The notes: generated by a model from the sequence alone, not told the origin. Positions 17,735-26,334 are shown, numbered from the stretch's first letter. The stretch is DNA of 30,670 nucleotides from an uncultured Candidatus Saccharibacteria bacterium (GCA_964464645.1 CAYXGU010000001.1:1716-32385), one strand, 5' to 3'. Program-made: numbers and translations.

Positions 17735-18130
17735 TTAAAGGGGTGGGCCATCAGAAACCAAAGTCTGTAGGACAGCCAGGTTTTGGAGTGGCGTACCTAG
17801 CAGCCTCACTATTGTGTAATCCTTAGTTGTATCAAGAGTTTTCTCTTTTTTTAAAAGTGTTTTTAGCGTAATTAACCGACTGTCTGCTTTTATTTCCGGC
17901 GCACGATCGAGGTTTGGCAACCAATCAATAACAATATTAGCGTTGTCATAATTAAAAAAGCTTGGATCAACTTCAGTATTAACAGCTGAGGAAATGTAAT
18001 TAATAATTATAGCTCCACGCTTTATTTTACTTCTATCATCTGCGGTAAGTAAGAACCCCTTGGTGTTTGTGTGGCAAATAATAATGTCGAAGTGACTAAT
18101 ATCGTAGCTAGTTCGTTTGGTTCTGCATGC
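17735..18130 (-). pseudogene. 5'-truncated ornithine cyclodeaminase/mu-crystallin-like C-terminal remnant
   Basis: The frame of the track's 61 aa ORF stays open to 18130 (131 codons) with no in-frame ATG. FDIIICHT...IKRGAIIIN...EVD...IVIDW...IVRLLGTPLQNLAV resembles the OCD NAD-binding C-terminal half. Confidence 0.5.
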
Positions 18131-18164
18131 CTATATTATATGGTTTGTCTGATAAAATAAACGT

Positions 18165-18593
18165 GTGAGCAAAAAACCCATCGTTGTAGAAACCACAATT
18201 ACAGCCCCACTTTCAAAAGTTTGGGACTACTGGACTGGGCCTGAACATATTGTGCGGTGGGCATTTGCTTCAGACACTTGGGAAGCGCCATTTGCCGAAA
18301 ATGACGTCTGCGTTGGCGGCAAGTTTAAAACAACCATGGCGGCAAAAGATAAAAGCGCTAGTTTTGACTTCACCGGTACCTACACCGCGATCGAAAAGCA
18401 CAAACTCATAGAATACGACATGGATGATGGAAGACATGTAAAAATAGAATTTGCTGAGTTACCTGAGCATGTGCGGATTACTGAATCGTTTGAGCCGGAA
18501 GATGAAAATTCTGAGGAAATGCAGCGAAATGGCTGGCAAGCGATTTTGGATAATTTTAAAAGATATGTTGACAAGACCCGGCTTATGTACTAA
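18165..18593 (+). CDS. SRPBCC/AHSA1-like (START-fold) protein
   Basis: VETTITAPLSKVWDYWTGPEHI..W, DV.VGGKF...M, MQRNGWQAILDNFK. Confidence 0.92.
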   Translation: MSKKPIVVETTITAPLSKVWDYWTGPEHIVRWAFASDTWEAPFAENDVCVGGKFKTTMAAKDKSASFDFTGTYTAIEKHKLIEYDMDDGRHVKIEFAELPEHVRITESFEPEDENSEEMQRNGWQAILDNFKRYVDKTRLMY

Positions 18594-18605
18594 CATGTTA
18601 GTACA
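18568..18605 (+). promoter_or_regulatory. TA promoter with perfect 20-bp palindromic operator
   Basis: TTGACA (18568-73), 17 bp spacer, TAACAT (18591-96). TGTACTAACATGTTAGTACA (18586-18605) is self-complementary and abuts the antitoxin ATG. Confidence 0.75.
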
Positions 18606-18851
18606 ATGGTGTTCAATCAAAAACTAACAAAAATAGGCAACTCTGTAGGTATAGTCATTCCAAAAGATCTGCGTAAACTTCTAGGTATAGATGTGGGATC
18701 GGAGCTTTATATTGAAGGTGGTGCGGATCAAAAAACTATTATTTTGAATAAGGAAAAACCAAGCACTAAGGTAGATCCTCAATTTTTTGAGCTTGTAAAA
18801 AAAGTTGATAAACAGTACGAAAACGCGTTAAGAGAACTAGCTTCAAAATGA
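18606..18851 (+). CDS. AbrB/MazE/SpoVT-family antitoxin
   Basis: KLTKIGNSVGIVIPK...LGI..GSEL swapped-hairpin motif; ATGA overlap with doc. Confidence 0.9.
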   Translation: MVFNQKLTKIGNSVGIVIPKDLRKLLGIDVGSELYIEGGADQKTIILNKEKPSTKVDPQFFELVKKVDKQYENALRELASK

Positions 18852-19234
18852 GGTACTTATCAGTTGAAGAGGTACTATTAATTCACGAATACCAACTACA
18901 AAGGTACGGAGGCTCACCCGGACTTAGAAGCATCCACCTTCTAGAATCATCGGTGTGCCGTCCGCAAACTTCATACGGAGGAAATGAGCTATACAGAACA
19001 CCTTTTGATAAGGCGGCGTGCTTGATTCACTCGCTAATTTTAAACCACCCATTTATCGACGGTAATAAAAGAACCGGAATGGTGGCGGGAACTTTATTTT
19101 TGAGACTGAATGGATACTCATTAAAACTCTCCACCAAAAATTATGTTAAAACTGCGTTAGAAATTGCGAATCATAGTCTAGAATTAGGCGACCTGTCAGA
19201 GACTCTCGGAGCAAATTCCAAACCCCATGACTAA
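18848..19234 (+). CDS. doc: Doc/Fic-family type II toxin
   Basis: MRYLS.EEV..IH, LLESS..RP and HPFIDGNKRT Fic/Doc motif. Confidence 0.92.
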   Translation: MRYLSVEEVLLIHEYQLQRYGGSPGLRSIHLLESSVCRPQTSYGGNELYRTPFDKAACLIHSLILNHPFIDGNKRTGMVAGTLFLRLNGYSLKLSTKNYVKTALEIANHSLELGDLSETLGANSKPHD

Positions 19235-19838
19235 CCCAAAACTTATTCTTTTTGACATAGGAGGCGTTTTAATCGAATACGGCAATGTTTTTAAAACCGC
19301 CGCAACAGAACTTAACATTCCACACAACTTAATTGACAGCACATTTGATCTGTACGACAAAGAAATAACAACCGGCAAAATTACACCTCAAGACCTTTAT
19401 CGTAACTGCCTTAGAAACAACAAGATAAAGGCCGATGCGAACTACGATTTTATGCTTAGTTGGATTAAGGACTATTCCAGCATTAGACCTACGCATGACC
19501 TACTAATAGAACTAAGCACACAATATCAAGTTGGCCTGTTTTCAAATATCTATAAAGGCATGGTTCCGGAACTCATTAAGCAGGATTTGGTACCCGATGT
19601 TGACTACAAATATCAATTTATCTCATGTGACATGGGGCTCCAAAAACCGGACGAGGAGACGTACAAATATGTTAACCATGTGGTAGACGTATCTCCACAC
19701 AAAATTTTGTTCATAGACGATGTGGATGAAAACTTACAAGTTGCAAGAAAGTTTGACTGGCAGACATATTTATTTTCGCGTAAAAACCCAAGAGAAAGTG
19801 TTTATAATTTAAGACTAGAACTTAACAATCATGCATAA
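19227..19838 (+). CDS. HAD-superfamily (IA) phosphatase
   Basis: LFDIGGVL, FSN, QKPDEETY, LFIDDVDEN motifs I-IV. Confidence 0.9.
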   Translation: MTNPKLILFDIGGVLIEYGNVFKTAATELNIPHNLIDSTFDLYDKEITTGKITPQDLYRNCLRNNKIKADANYDFMLSWIKDYSSIRPTHDLLIELSTQYQVGLFSNIYKGMVPELIKQDLVPDVDYKYQFISCDMGLQKPDEETYKYVNHVVDVSPHKILFIDDVDENLQVARKFDWQTYLFSRKNPRESVYNLRLELNNHA

Positions 19839-20670
19839 CAACTTATTTCCTATTAAATACAGTGCCTCATTAAAAGACTGTCTCGCTAAGATAGATGACT
19901 ATATTAATGACGTGCGAAACTGGAATTACGAAAAAGCCGATGTGCCATATATCTATGAGCTCGGCAAGCTCAACAAAATACATTACTTTGGCACATCGCA
20001 TGTTACGAGTTTGCGTGAGCCACTAGTTAATTTGCTGGATGAGGACTTCCATACTTTTGTAACTAACATGCACGTTGTTGTGGTGCTAGTAGAAGACTGG
20101 GAACTAGAAAGTTTTAAAAGTTTGAACGATGCGTGCGACAAAAAAGGGGAACGCGGACTTGTAATGTTTTGGGCTAGTAAACTTAATGTCCCAGTTATTC
20201 CAACCGACTTTGATCATACTAAACGCGAGCATTTAAATATAATGGCAAAGGAGTTTAACTACAATGACATTGTGCTGTTCGTGTATCTCTATTTTGTAAA
20301 AGCTAGAAAAGCCCATAAGTTTAAGAAACAAAAAGAACTAGGTAAGTATATAGAAAAGAAAGTAAATGCAACTCTAGAGTGTGCGGGTTTGCCAGTCACC
20401 AGCTTTGTGCATCTTGAAAAGCTTCACCAAGTGGCGTTTGGGCAAACCATCGAACAACGAGTTGATGTGTCGGCGTGGGAGGATTTGGATGTTAACAAAG
20501 AGAGCAATGGAGCTAATACTATGTTCAAAAATTACCACATGCTGCGAGATAGAAATTTTGCGTACCAAATTATTGCACACTACAAAGCCGGAAAAAATGT
20601 GTACTGCATCTACGGCTGTGATCATGCGCAATTTCATGAGCCGCTGCTTCGAGAGCTAATTGAGTTGTAG
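19831..20670 (+). CDS. Hypothetical protein, possible TraB/GumN/ChaN-like fold
   Basis: 279 aa. FGTSH, VLVED, RDRNFA..I and IYGCDH follow the order of the TraB/TIKI/ChaN motifs (by eye). Confidence 0.6.
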   Translation: MHNNLFPIKYSASLKDCLAKIDDYINDVRNWNYEKADVPYIYELGKLNKIHYFGTSHVTSLREPLVNLLDEDFHTFVTNMHVVVVLVEDWELESFKSLNDACDKKGERGLVMFWASKLNVPVIPTDFDHTKREHLNIMAKEFNYNDIVLFVYLYFVKARKAHKFKKQKELGKYIEKKVNATLECAGLPVTSFVHLEKLHQVAFGQTIEQRVDVSAWEDLDVNKESNGANTMFKNYHMLRDRNFAYQIIAHYKAGKNVYCIYGCDHAQFHEPLLRELIEL

Positions 20671-20690
20671 ACACAGTGTTTCTTAAAAGA

Positions 20691-20715
20691 CTGCCCTGAC
20701 CGACATATATAACCA
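20691..20715 (+). repeat. Further copy of the cassette-end site
   Basis: CCTGACCGACAT (20695-20706) is identical to 14637-14648, and CCA follows in the same register (16/25 overall). Lies 20 nt after a stop codon. Confidence 0.6.
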
Positions 20716-20744
20716 AAATATCATGGTGTTGATATACTAAACTC

Positions 20745-21338
20745 ATGACAACCGAAAACTTTTATCCTCTAACATGGGAGCATTATGGAATATTAATCGA
20801 AGACTTATGGAAAGATCTTAATTCAAAACTGCACAACCAAAATATTCATATAGATGCTGTCATCGCAATACTGAGAGAAGGGGCTTTTACTGCGTTTCCA
20901 CTGGCGTACAAGTTAAACACTTATAAAGTTTTAACGGTGCAATACAAATACATGCTATACAACGGTTCCAATGAGTTAAAAAGAATTAGCAAGTTTGCGC
21001 CCGCTGAGTTTGAGCTTCCCGCTTCACCAGTATTTCTACTGTGTGATACATTTCCGTGTGGTGGAAAAACTAAGTTTCTCGCGGCTGAAGAAATTAAAAA
21101 TACCTATCCGACATGCAAATTTGTGTTTGCATCTCTCATTCAGGACCACTCTGTCGAACAGCATCCTGATTTTATAGCTTCCGCCTACGCGTTTGATATT
21201 AACGATAAATGGGAAACAAATCATCCACTATTCAAAGAACTTGGCATTGAAAAAAGTGCGCTTAATGTGTATCTGCCATGGGAAAACAAGGAAGAAGAGG
21301 AAGCGTCAGTCAAGAGTCTGGAGTGGAACTACAACTAA
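20745..21338 (+). CDS. Type I phosphoribosyltransferase-like protein
   Basis: IDAVIAILREGAFTAFPLAYKL, variant PRPP loop FLLCDTFPCGGKT, C-terminal YLPWE. Confidence 0.75.
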   Translation: MTTENFYPLTWEHYGILIEDLWKDLNSKLHNQNIHIDAVIAILREGAFTAFPLAYKLNTYKVLTVQYKYMLYNGSNELKRISKFAPAEFELPASPVFLLCDTFPCGGKTKFLAAEEIKNTYPTCKFVFASLIQDHSVEQHPDFIASAYAFDINDKWETNHPLFKELGIEKSALNVYLPWENKEEEEASVKSLEWNYN

Positions 21339-21431
21339 AACTACTCCCAATCCCACAAAAATTCCGGTTAAAACGTATATAACCAGTGGGCTGATAAATC
21401 CATTGGTAATTTTGGACATCTTGGTCGCCAT
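21306..21431 (-). CDS. Possible 41-aa prepilin-like membrane peptide or truncated remnant
   Basis: MATKMSKITNGFISPLVIYVLTGIFVGLGVVLVVVPLQTLD*. TATAAT 9 nt upstream; the 3' end overlaps the PRTase gene. Confidence 0.3.
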   Translation of the reverse strand: MATKMSKITNGFISPLVIYVLTGIFVGLGVVLVVVPLQTLD

Positions 21432-21471
21432 AATACCGGTATTATACATTTTTAGTGAAAGAACTTTCACT
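21430..21471. promoter_or_regulatory. Two palindromic operator-like sites upstream of wHTH-NUDIX gene
   Basis: ATAATACCGGTATTAT (21430-45, perfect) and AGTGAAAG-AA-CTTTCACT (21454-71). Confidence 0.45.
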
Positions 21472-21507
21472 TGAAGTCACTTTTGCAAACATGTATAACA
21501 CAGCAGA

Positions 21508-22200
21508 ATGCAAAAAACTAACGAACACCAAATTAGAATACTGTCTCACCTACTGTTTAATCCAAAATCCAGATTTAAAGACCTGAATACCGAGGCGTTA
21601 AGTACAGATACTTTTAGCTATCATGTTGCCGTCTTAACAAACGCGGGGCTGATACAAAAAGAGGGCAATTTTTACACCCTCACACATGAAGGAAAGGCAA
21701 CTGCTACAAAAATAGATACAGATACACATGAGTTTGAAAAACAACCGAAGATCAGCGTCATTGTGATCCCGCGCAAAAAAGTCGCGGGAAAAGACCATTT
21801 TGTTATTCATCAGCGAACAAAAGAACCGTATTTTGGGTACTGGGGATTTATTACCGGAAAAGTACGGTGGGGAGAAACACTTGCAGAAACGGCTGCGCGC
21901 GAATTGGCTGAAGAAATTGGAATTTCCGGCAAACATAAGTTTTGCTTTGAAATACACGAAATGGTTTATCAAAAAAGCACTAATAAATTGCTGGAAGATA
22001 AGTTCTTCCATGTGATGGAGGCGTACGATCTTAAAGGAACGGTGCAGGAAAAAACCAAAGAAGGCATAAACAAGTTGGTAACAATGGATGAGTTTAGACA
22101 AATTTCTCCCAAGTACCATAACGAGAACGATATACTGGACTGGTATTTAAGTGGGGATTTTTCTTTTAAGGAAGAGAAGTATTTTGTTGAAGGTTTTTAA
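21508..22200 (+). CDS. Winged-HTH plus NUDIX hydrolase fusion protein
   Basis: N-terminal ArsR-like wHTH (RFKDL...FSYH...L...GLIQK..Y.LT.EG); Nudix box GKVRWGETLAETAARELAEEIG. Confidence 0.9.
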   Translation: MQKTNEHQIRILSHLLFNPKSRFKDLNTEALSTDTFSYHVAVLTNAGLIQKEGNFYTLTHEGKATATKIDTDTHEFEKQPKISVIVIPRKKVAGKDHFVIHQRTKEPYFGYWGFITGKVRWGETLAETAARELAEEIGISGKHKFCFEIHEMVYQKSTNKLLEDKFFHVMEAYDLKGTVQEKTKEGINKLVTMDEFRQISPKYHNENDILDWYLSGDFSFKEEKYFVEGF

Positions 22201-22210
22201 AACTGTTGGT

Positions 22211-22239
22211 TTGACAAACACAATTCACCAACTTATACT
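22211..22239 (+). promoter_or_regulatory. Near-consensus sigma70 promoter
   Basis: TTGACA (22211-16), 17 bp spacer, TATACT (22234-39). Confidence 0.75.
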
Positions 22240-22280
22240 ATAGGGCATCTCATTGGTGGTTACTATATAAAGGGGTACGG

Positions 22281-22961
22281 ATGAAAACGAAACTTGGAAG
22301 ATTATTTCTTTTGCTGGTGGTTTTGGTCGCCTTTGCGGCGGCATGCAGAACCGGGCGTGATGAGACCAAGCTGCCTGAAATTGAGGCGGTGGAGACCGGC
22401 GAGCTGCCGGTACCACATGTGCCATATGTTTCGAATCGGCCCGACCAGGTGGAGATCGAGGTGTCGTACGAGATCTCTCTGCCAACCTGGTTTTATGTTT
22501 ACCAGACCCCAGAGCCCAGTCTGGTCAAGTTTGAGTGGGCTGAGGAAGAAATGGGATTCGTTGAATCCCTGCCACCTCTTATCGTCGAGGGGGCCAATAC
22601 TGAGCTTGGTCAGATCGGGCTCTACGCCTATCCGGAGGGCGGAGAGTGTTATCCGTGGGCCGAGCAAAGGCACGACAACACGTACGTCGTGCGGGTGGAC
22701 GAAGGCTGTTGGGATCTTCCCGACAACCTCGTAATTGAGGTCTGGCCAAAGTTCTGCCAGCCCCTTGGCACAACTGAAATGTTCTGCGAACGGGACGGGC
22801 TCCAGGTGCTGATGGATGAAAATTCCATCAGCTTCACCGCAGGCGGGCCGTTTAAGCCTGTCTACCGCGCCTGGCTGGCGGAGCTGATGTCGTACCAACA
22901 ATACGACGCAACTCTTCCAGCCGTATTGCAACAGGGCACCAACTACCTGTTTACACGGTAG
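22281..22961 (+). CDS. High-GC exported protein with lipoprotein-like signal peptide
   Basis: MKTKLGR, hydrophobic core, AAA-C22. Sampled lines are about 55-58% GC versus lower flanks. Confidence 0.7.
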   Translation: MKTKLGRLFLLLVVLVAFAAACRTGRDETKLPEIEAVETGELPVPHVPYVSNRPDQVEIEVSYEISLPTWFYVYQTPEPSLVKFEWAEEEMGFVESLPPLIVEGANTELGQIGLYAYPEGGECYPWAEQRHDNTYVVRVDEGCWDLPDNLVIEVWPKFCQPLGTTEMFCERDGLQVLMDENSISFTAGGPFKPVYRAWLAELMSYQQYDATLPAVLQQGTNYLFTR

Positions 22962-22968
22962 CCCTGTG

Positions 22969-23009
22969 AAACCCCAAGTGGCAAAAACCATGCGGGGTTT
23001 TTCTTTTTT
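22969..23009. terminator. Intrinsic terminator
   Basis: AAACCCC...GGGGTTT stem followed by a T-rich tract between convergent genes. Confidence 0.65.
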
Positions 23010-23037
23010 ATTTTTACTGCTTTGGATAATTTAAGAA

Positions 23038-23742
23038 CTAAAACTCAGCCAAAATCACCACATTCGCTTCCGCACGCTCTTGTGTTAAAAAGTCTTGAAT
23101 TGCCTGGTTTTGCTTTGTTTGTCTAATCTGCTCAGCTGCCTGTTGACGTAACTCGGGTGTATCTTCCTGACCGGCTTCAATTGCAGGGCCAACCAGCTCT
23201 TCGATTTCGGCGTCAGTAACTTCACTAACGCTCCCGGCTGTAAGACCATCTAAAAGAATTTGGTATTCAAGCTGTTCTTCAAGGCTTTTTCTGGTCATGC
23301 CTTGGGCTTCGAGCTCAGCATCAAGTGTGCTGCCCTGTGCGAGTACATTGGTTTCGATCTCAGAAATTTGTGCGGCGAGCGCTTCGGGTGTTACAGAAAT
23401 ACCTTGCTTAAGTGCGGCTTGCTTAATAAGTTCTTGGGTTACAAGTGCTTCTAACGCTTGCTTGCCGGCTTGTTTTTCTAAAGCTTGTATTAGTGCAAGA
23501 CGGGTAAGCGGTTTACCGTTAACCGTGGCAACAACAACTTTACTACGATTCGAATACACAAGTGCGCCAAGCGCAACAACTAAAAGCACAACAATAAGTA
23601 TTTTTTTATTTCGTTGCGCATTTTTTGCAAACCTGGCGGACAACCCGACAGTTTTGGCATTAGCCTCTTTCTTATTTTTGCCGTTTTCGGAAGCTACCGA
23701 TGGCTTTGTTTCTGCTTTTGTTTCTTTTTGCTTTTGTGGCAC
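23038..23742 (-). CDS. SurA N-terminal/PrsA-like foldase lacking a parvulin domain
   Basis: TM helix, VVATVNGKPLT, LEALVTQELIKQAA.KQGISVT; no PPIase motifs. Confidence 0.85.
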   Translation of the reverse strand: MPQKQKETKAETKPSVASENGKNKKEANAKTVGLSARFAKNAQRNKKILIVVLLVVALGALVYSNRSKVVVATVNGKPLTRLALIQALEKQAGKQALEALVTQELIKQAALKQGISVTPEALAAQISEIETNVLAQGSTLDAELEAQGMTRKSLEEQLEYQILLDGLTAGSVSEVTDAEIEELVGPAIEAGQEDTPELRQQAAEQIRQTKQNQAIQDFLTQERAEANVVILAEF

Positions 23743-23780
23743 AGGGAGATTATAGCAGATATTCTAATGTAGCCAAGAGC

Positions 23781-24116
23781 TTATTTTGAGAAGATCGAAA
23801 AAAACCAGCTGATAAGTGAAACGATAACACCAAATAAGAAAATTGACGTAAGCGACCCAATGTCAAATCCCGGCACAATTAGGGTCACTAGCCAAATTAT
23901 AAACGCGTTGATCACCAATGAAAAAAGGCCTAAAGTCACAACCGTGATTGGTAGTGCAAGAAGTTTTAGAATAGGGCGTAAAAAAGTGTTTAGTACACCC
24001 AACACAACCGCGACCACCAGCGCAACCCACAAACTTTCGACAACAACATCGGGTAAAAGATAGCCGGCAATCAAAACCGTGAGTGTGTTAAGTAAAAGCC
24101 CGAGCACAAGTTTCAT
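23781..24116 (-). CDS. Phage_holin_4_2 / YvlD-like membrane protein
   Basis: ALVVAVVLGVLNTFLRPILKLLALPITVVTLGLFSLVINA signature. Start ATG 24116. Confidence 0.9.
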   Translation of the reverse strand: MKLVLGLLLNTLTVLIAGYLLPDVVVESLWVALVVAVVLGVLNTFLRPILKLLALPITVVTLGLFSLVINAFIIWLVTLIVPGFDIGSLTSIFLFGVIVSLISWFFSIFSK

Positions 24117-24174
24117 AACATAAAAAGTATAGCATGCTACCATACAACAAGTGTAAATTTCGAAAGGATTTTGT

Positions 24175-24555
24175 ATGAACGCGATCACACACTTTGAACT
24201 CCCGGTCACGCCGGAGTCAAAAAAATTTTACCAAGCAGTATTTGGGTGGGAAGTTGAAGAAATGCCCGACATGAACTACACCATTGTGCGTACCTCACCG
24301 GTTGACGCCAACTACATGCCCACAACACGCGGAGCCGTAAACGGTGGAATGATGTCAATAGAAGATAATGGCGGACTGAATCCGGTGCTTGTAATTGATG
24401 TGCCTTCTCTTGATGACGCGCTTGCAAAAGCACAGGAGCTTGGGGCAAAGGTTGTTGCACCAAAAATGGAAGTTGGCGAGATGGGTTTTTACGCGCGTAT
24501 TGTAGATCCGGCGGGTGTTGTAACGGGTATCTGGGAATCTCGACAACCTAAGTAG
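24175..24555 (+). CDS. VOC/glyoxalase family protein
   Basis: ITHFELP, KKFYQAVFGW, NGGMM, GAKVV.PKMEV..MGFYA.I.DP.G...GIWE. Confidence 0.92.
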   Translation: MNAITHFELPVTPESKKFYQAVFGWEVEEMPDMNYTIVRTSPVDANYMPTTRGAVNGGMMSIEDNGGLNPVLVIDVPSLDDALAKAQELGAKVVAPKMEVGEMGFYARIVDPAGVVTGIWESRQPK

Positions 24556-24589
24556 ACCGAGCTCTAATACAGCATGCTAAAATAAACTT

Positions 24590-25489
24590 ATGCAAATTGG
24601 CTACATCGGACTTGGAAAAATGGGGATGGCCATGGTTGCTCATCTACTCGAACAGGGCCACACTGTTATTGCACACAACAAATCCCCGGAAGCGGTTGAT
24701 GAGGCGGTAAAACTTGGAGCGCTTGGGGCAAAAACTATTGATGAGCTTGCCAAAAAGCTTACTCACCCATACGTAATTTGGCTCATGGTGCCACACACCG
24801 CCGTTGAAAAGGTGCTAACACTACTTGAACCCCACCTTGAACCTGGAGACGTTATAATAGACGGCGGAAATTCATATTACAAAACTTCTCAAAAACGCGC
24901 AGAGAAATTTACCAAACAGCACGTGGCATTTTTGGATGTTGGTGTATGCGGGGGTCCGGCCAGCGCGCGGCACGGTGCGGCCATTACGGTTGGTGGGCAA
25001 CGAGATGCATTCGATGTGCTAGAGACGCTGTTTTCTGACATTTCAGCAAAAAACGGGTGTATGTACGCGGGCAAATCCGGCGCGGGGCATTTTGTAAAAA
25101 TGGTACATAACGGCATTGAGTACGGCATGCTACAGGCACTTGCCGAGGGCTTTGATATCCTTAAACACAGCGATTTTGCGCTGTCACCTTCAAAAATCGC
25201 CACACCATACAAAAGCGGCTCAATAATTGCGTCAAGTTTGCTAACTTGGCTGTCGGATGCATATCAAAAGTATGGCGACGACCTGGACGGTGTTTCCGGT
25301 AGTGCGGAGGCTTCGGGCGAAGCTGACTGGACTATTCAGGCTGCAAAAGACCTGGGTATTCCTGCTAAAGTAATCGGGGCTTCATTACGCGCACGAATAA
25401 CAAGCCAAGAAAAACCATCTTATCAAGGAAAAATTGTAACTGCAGTTAGAGGGGAGTTTGGCGGGCACCCAATTGCTGACACCAACTAA
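24590..25489 (+). CDS. gnd: 6-phosphogluconate dehydrogenase, decarboxylating (short form)
   Basis: IGYIGLGKMG, IWLMVP, IIDGGNS, GAGHFVKMVHNGIEYG, SGEADWT, RGEFGGH. Confidence 0.93.
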   Translation: MQIGYIGLGKMGMAMVAHLLEQGHTVIAHNKSPEAVDEAVKLGALGAKTIDELAKKLTHPYVIWLMVPHTAVEKVLTLLEPHLEPGDVIIDGGNSYYKTSQKRAEKFTKQHVAFLDVGVCGGPASARHGAAITVGGQRDAFDVLETLFSDISAKNGCMYAGKSGAGHFVKMVHNGIEYGMLQALAEGFDILKHSDFALSPSKIATPYKSGSIIASSLLTWLSDAYQKYGDDLDGVSGSAEASGEADWTIQAAKDLGIPAKVIGASLRARITSQEKPSYQGKIVTAVRGEFGGHPIADTN

Positions 25490-25490
25490 C

Positions 25491-26309
25491 ATGTATATTG
25501 CAATTGATCTTGGCAGTACGAATACCAGAGTTGCATCATCAGAAAACCTGCGCACTTTTCACAAAGTCCAAAAGTTTCCAACCATAAAAGAGCTGTCTGA
25601 ACAAAAAGTCGCCCTATCAGAGGCGATCGAAGCAGTTTCCGACAATAGCGAGCTTGCGGGTATTGCACTTGGTATTCCCGGAATTGTTGAGCAGCATAAA
25701 ACACCAAACTACTCTGCACTAGATAAAGCACGCTACTCGCAACTTCTTGAGCCAAAGTATTTTCAGGCTCCGATTTACATTCACAATGACGCGCAACTTG
25801 CTGCACTTGGTGAGGCTGTGTTTGGTGCGGGGCAAAAATACGAAAGTGTTGCCTACATTACCCTTAGTACAGGCATTGGCGGAGCAAAAATTGAACACAA
25901 GCAGCTTAATCCGTTACAAAATGTGTCCGAACCAGGCCACCACATAATGCTGGCAACCGGTAGAGCCGAAACCGGCACCGGCATACAAGGTACTTTTGAA
26001 GCCTACTGTTCCGGTACGGCTTTTAAGGAACTGTATGGTGAAGATCCCAAAACGTGCACAAACACAAAGTTATGGCATGACTACGCAGGCAACTTGGCTA
26101 TCGGCTTATTTAATCTTGTAACCTTTTGGCACCCGCAAGTGGTTGTGTTGGGCGGCGGTATGGCAAACAATTTTAGTCTATTTTATGATCCGCTAATGCA
26201 AAAGCTTTCTGCATACAAGTTTTTGCAACTTCCTCCGGTAGTAAAAGCTGGGTTGGGAGATGACTCGGGGCTGTACGGTGGCTTTGCCCTCCTTGCACAA
26301 AAAGACTAG
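25491..26309 (+). CDS. ROK family sugar kinase
   Basis: IAIDLGSTNTR, NDAQLAALGEA..GAG, YITLSTGIGG, EPGH, VVLGGG. Start ATG 25491. Confidence 0.9.
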   Translation: MYIAIDLGSTNTRVASSENLRTFHKVQKFPTIKELSEQKVALSEAIEAVSDNSELAGIALGIPGIVEQHKTPNYSALDKARYSQLLEPKYFQAPIYIHNDAQLAALGEAVFGAGQKYESVAYITLSTGIGGAKIEHKQLNPLQNVSEPGHHIMLATGRAETGTGIQGTFEAYCSGTAFKELYGEDPKTCTNTKLWHDYAGNLAIGLFNLVTFWHPQVVVLGGGMANNFSLFYDPLMQKLSAYKFLQLPPVVKAGLGDDSGLYGGFALLAQKD

Positions 26310-26334
26310 CTGGTAAGGCGTGTATAATATAACT

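Noticed and set aside
22206-22230. TTGGTTTGACAAACACAATTCACCA fits the GAC-NN-AC-N8-CCA cassette consensus just after a stop codon
   Set aside because: Only 10-11/25 identity, and TGAC is explained by the TTGACA -35 box; a dual role cannot be excluded.
22302-22991. 229-aa antisense ORF and 146-aa alternate-frame ORF
   Set aside because: Expected stop-codon scarcity in high-GC DNA; the + strand ORF has the promoter, signal peptide and terminator.
23781-24116. Holin-family gene as evidence of a prophage
   Set aside because: This family is commonly chromosomal; no phage structural, lysis or integrase genes are nearby.
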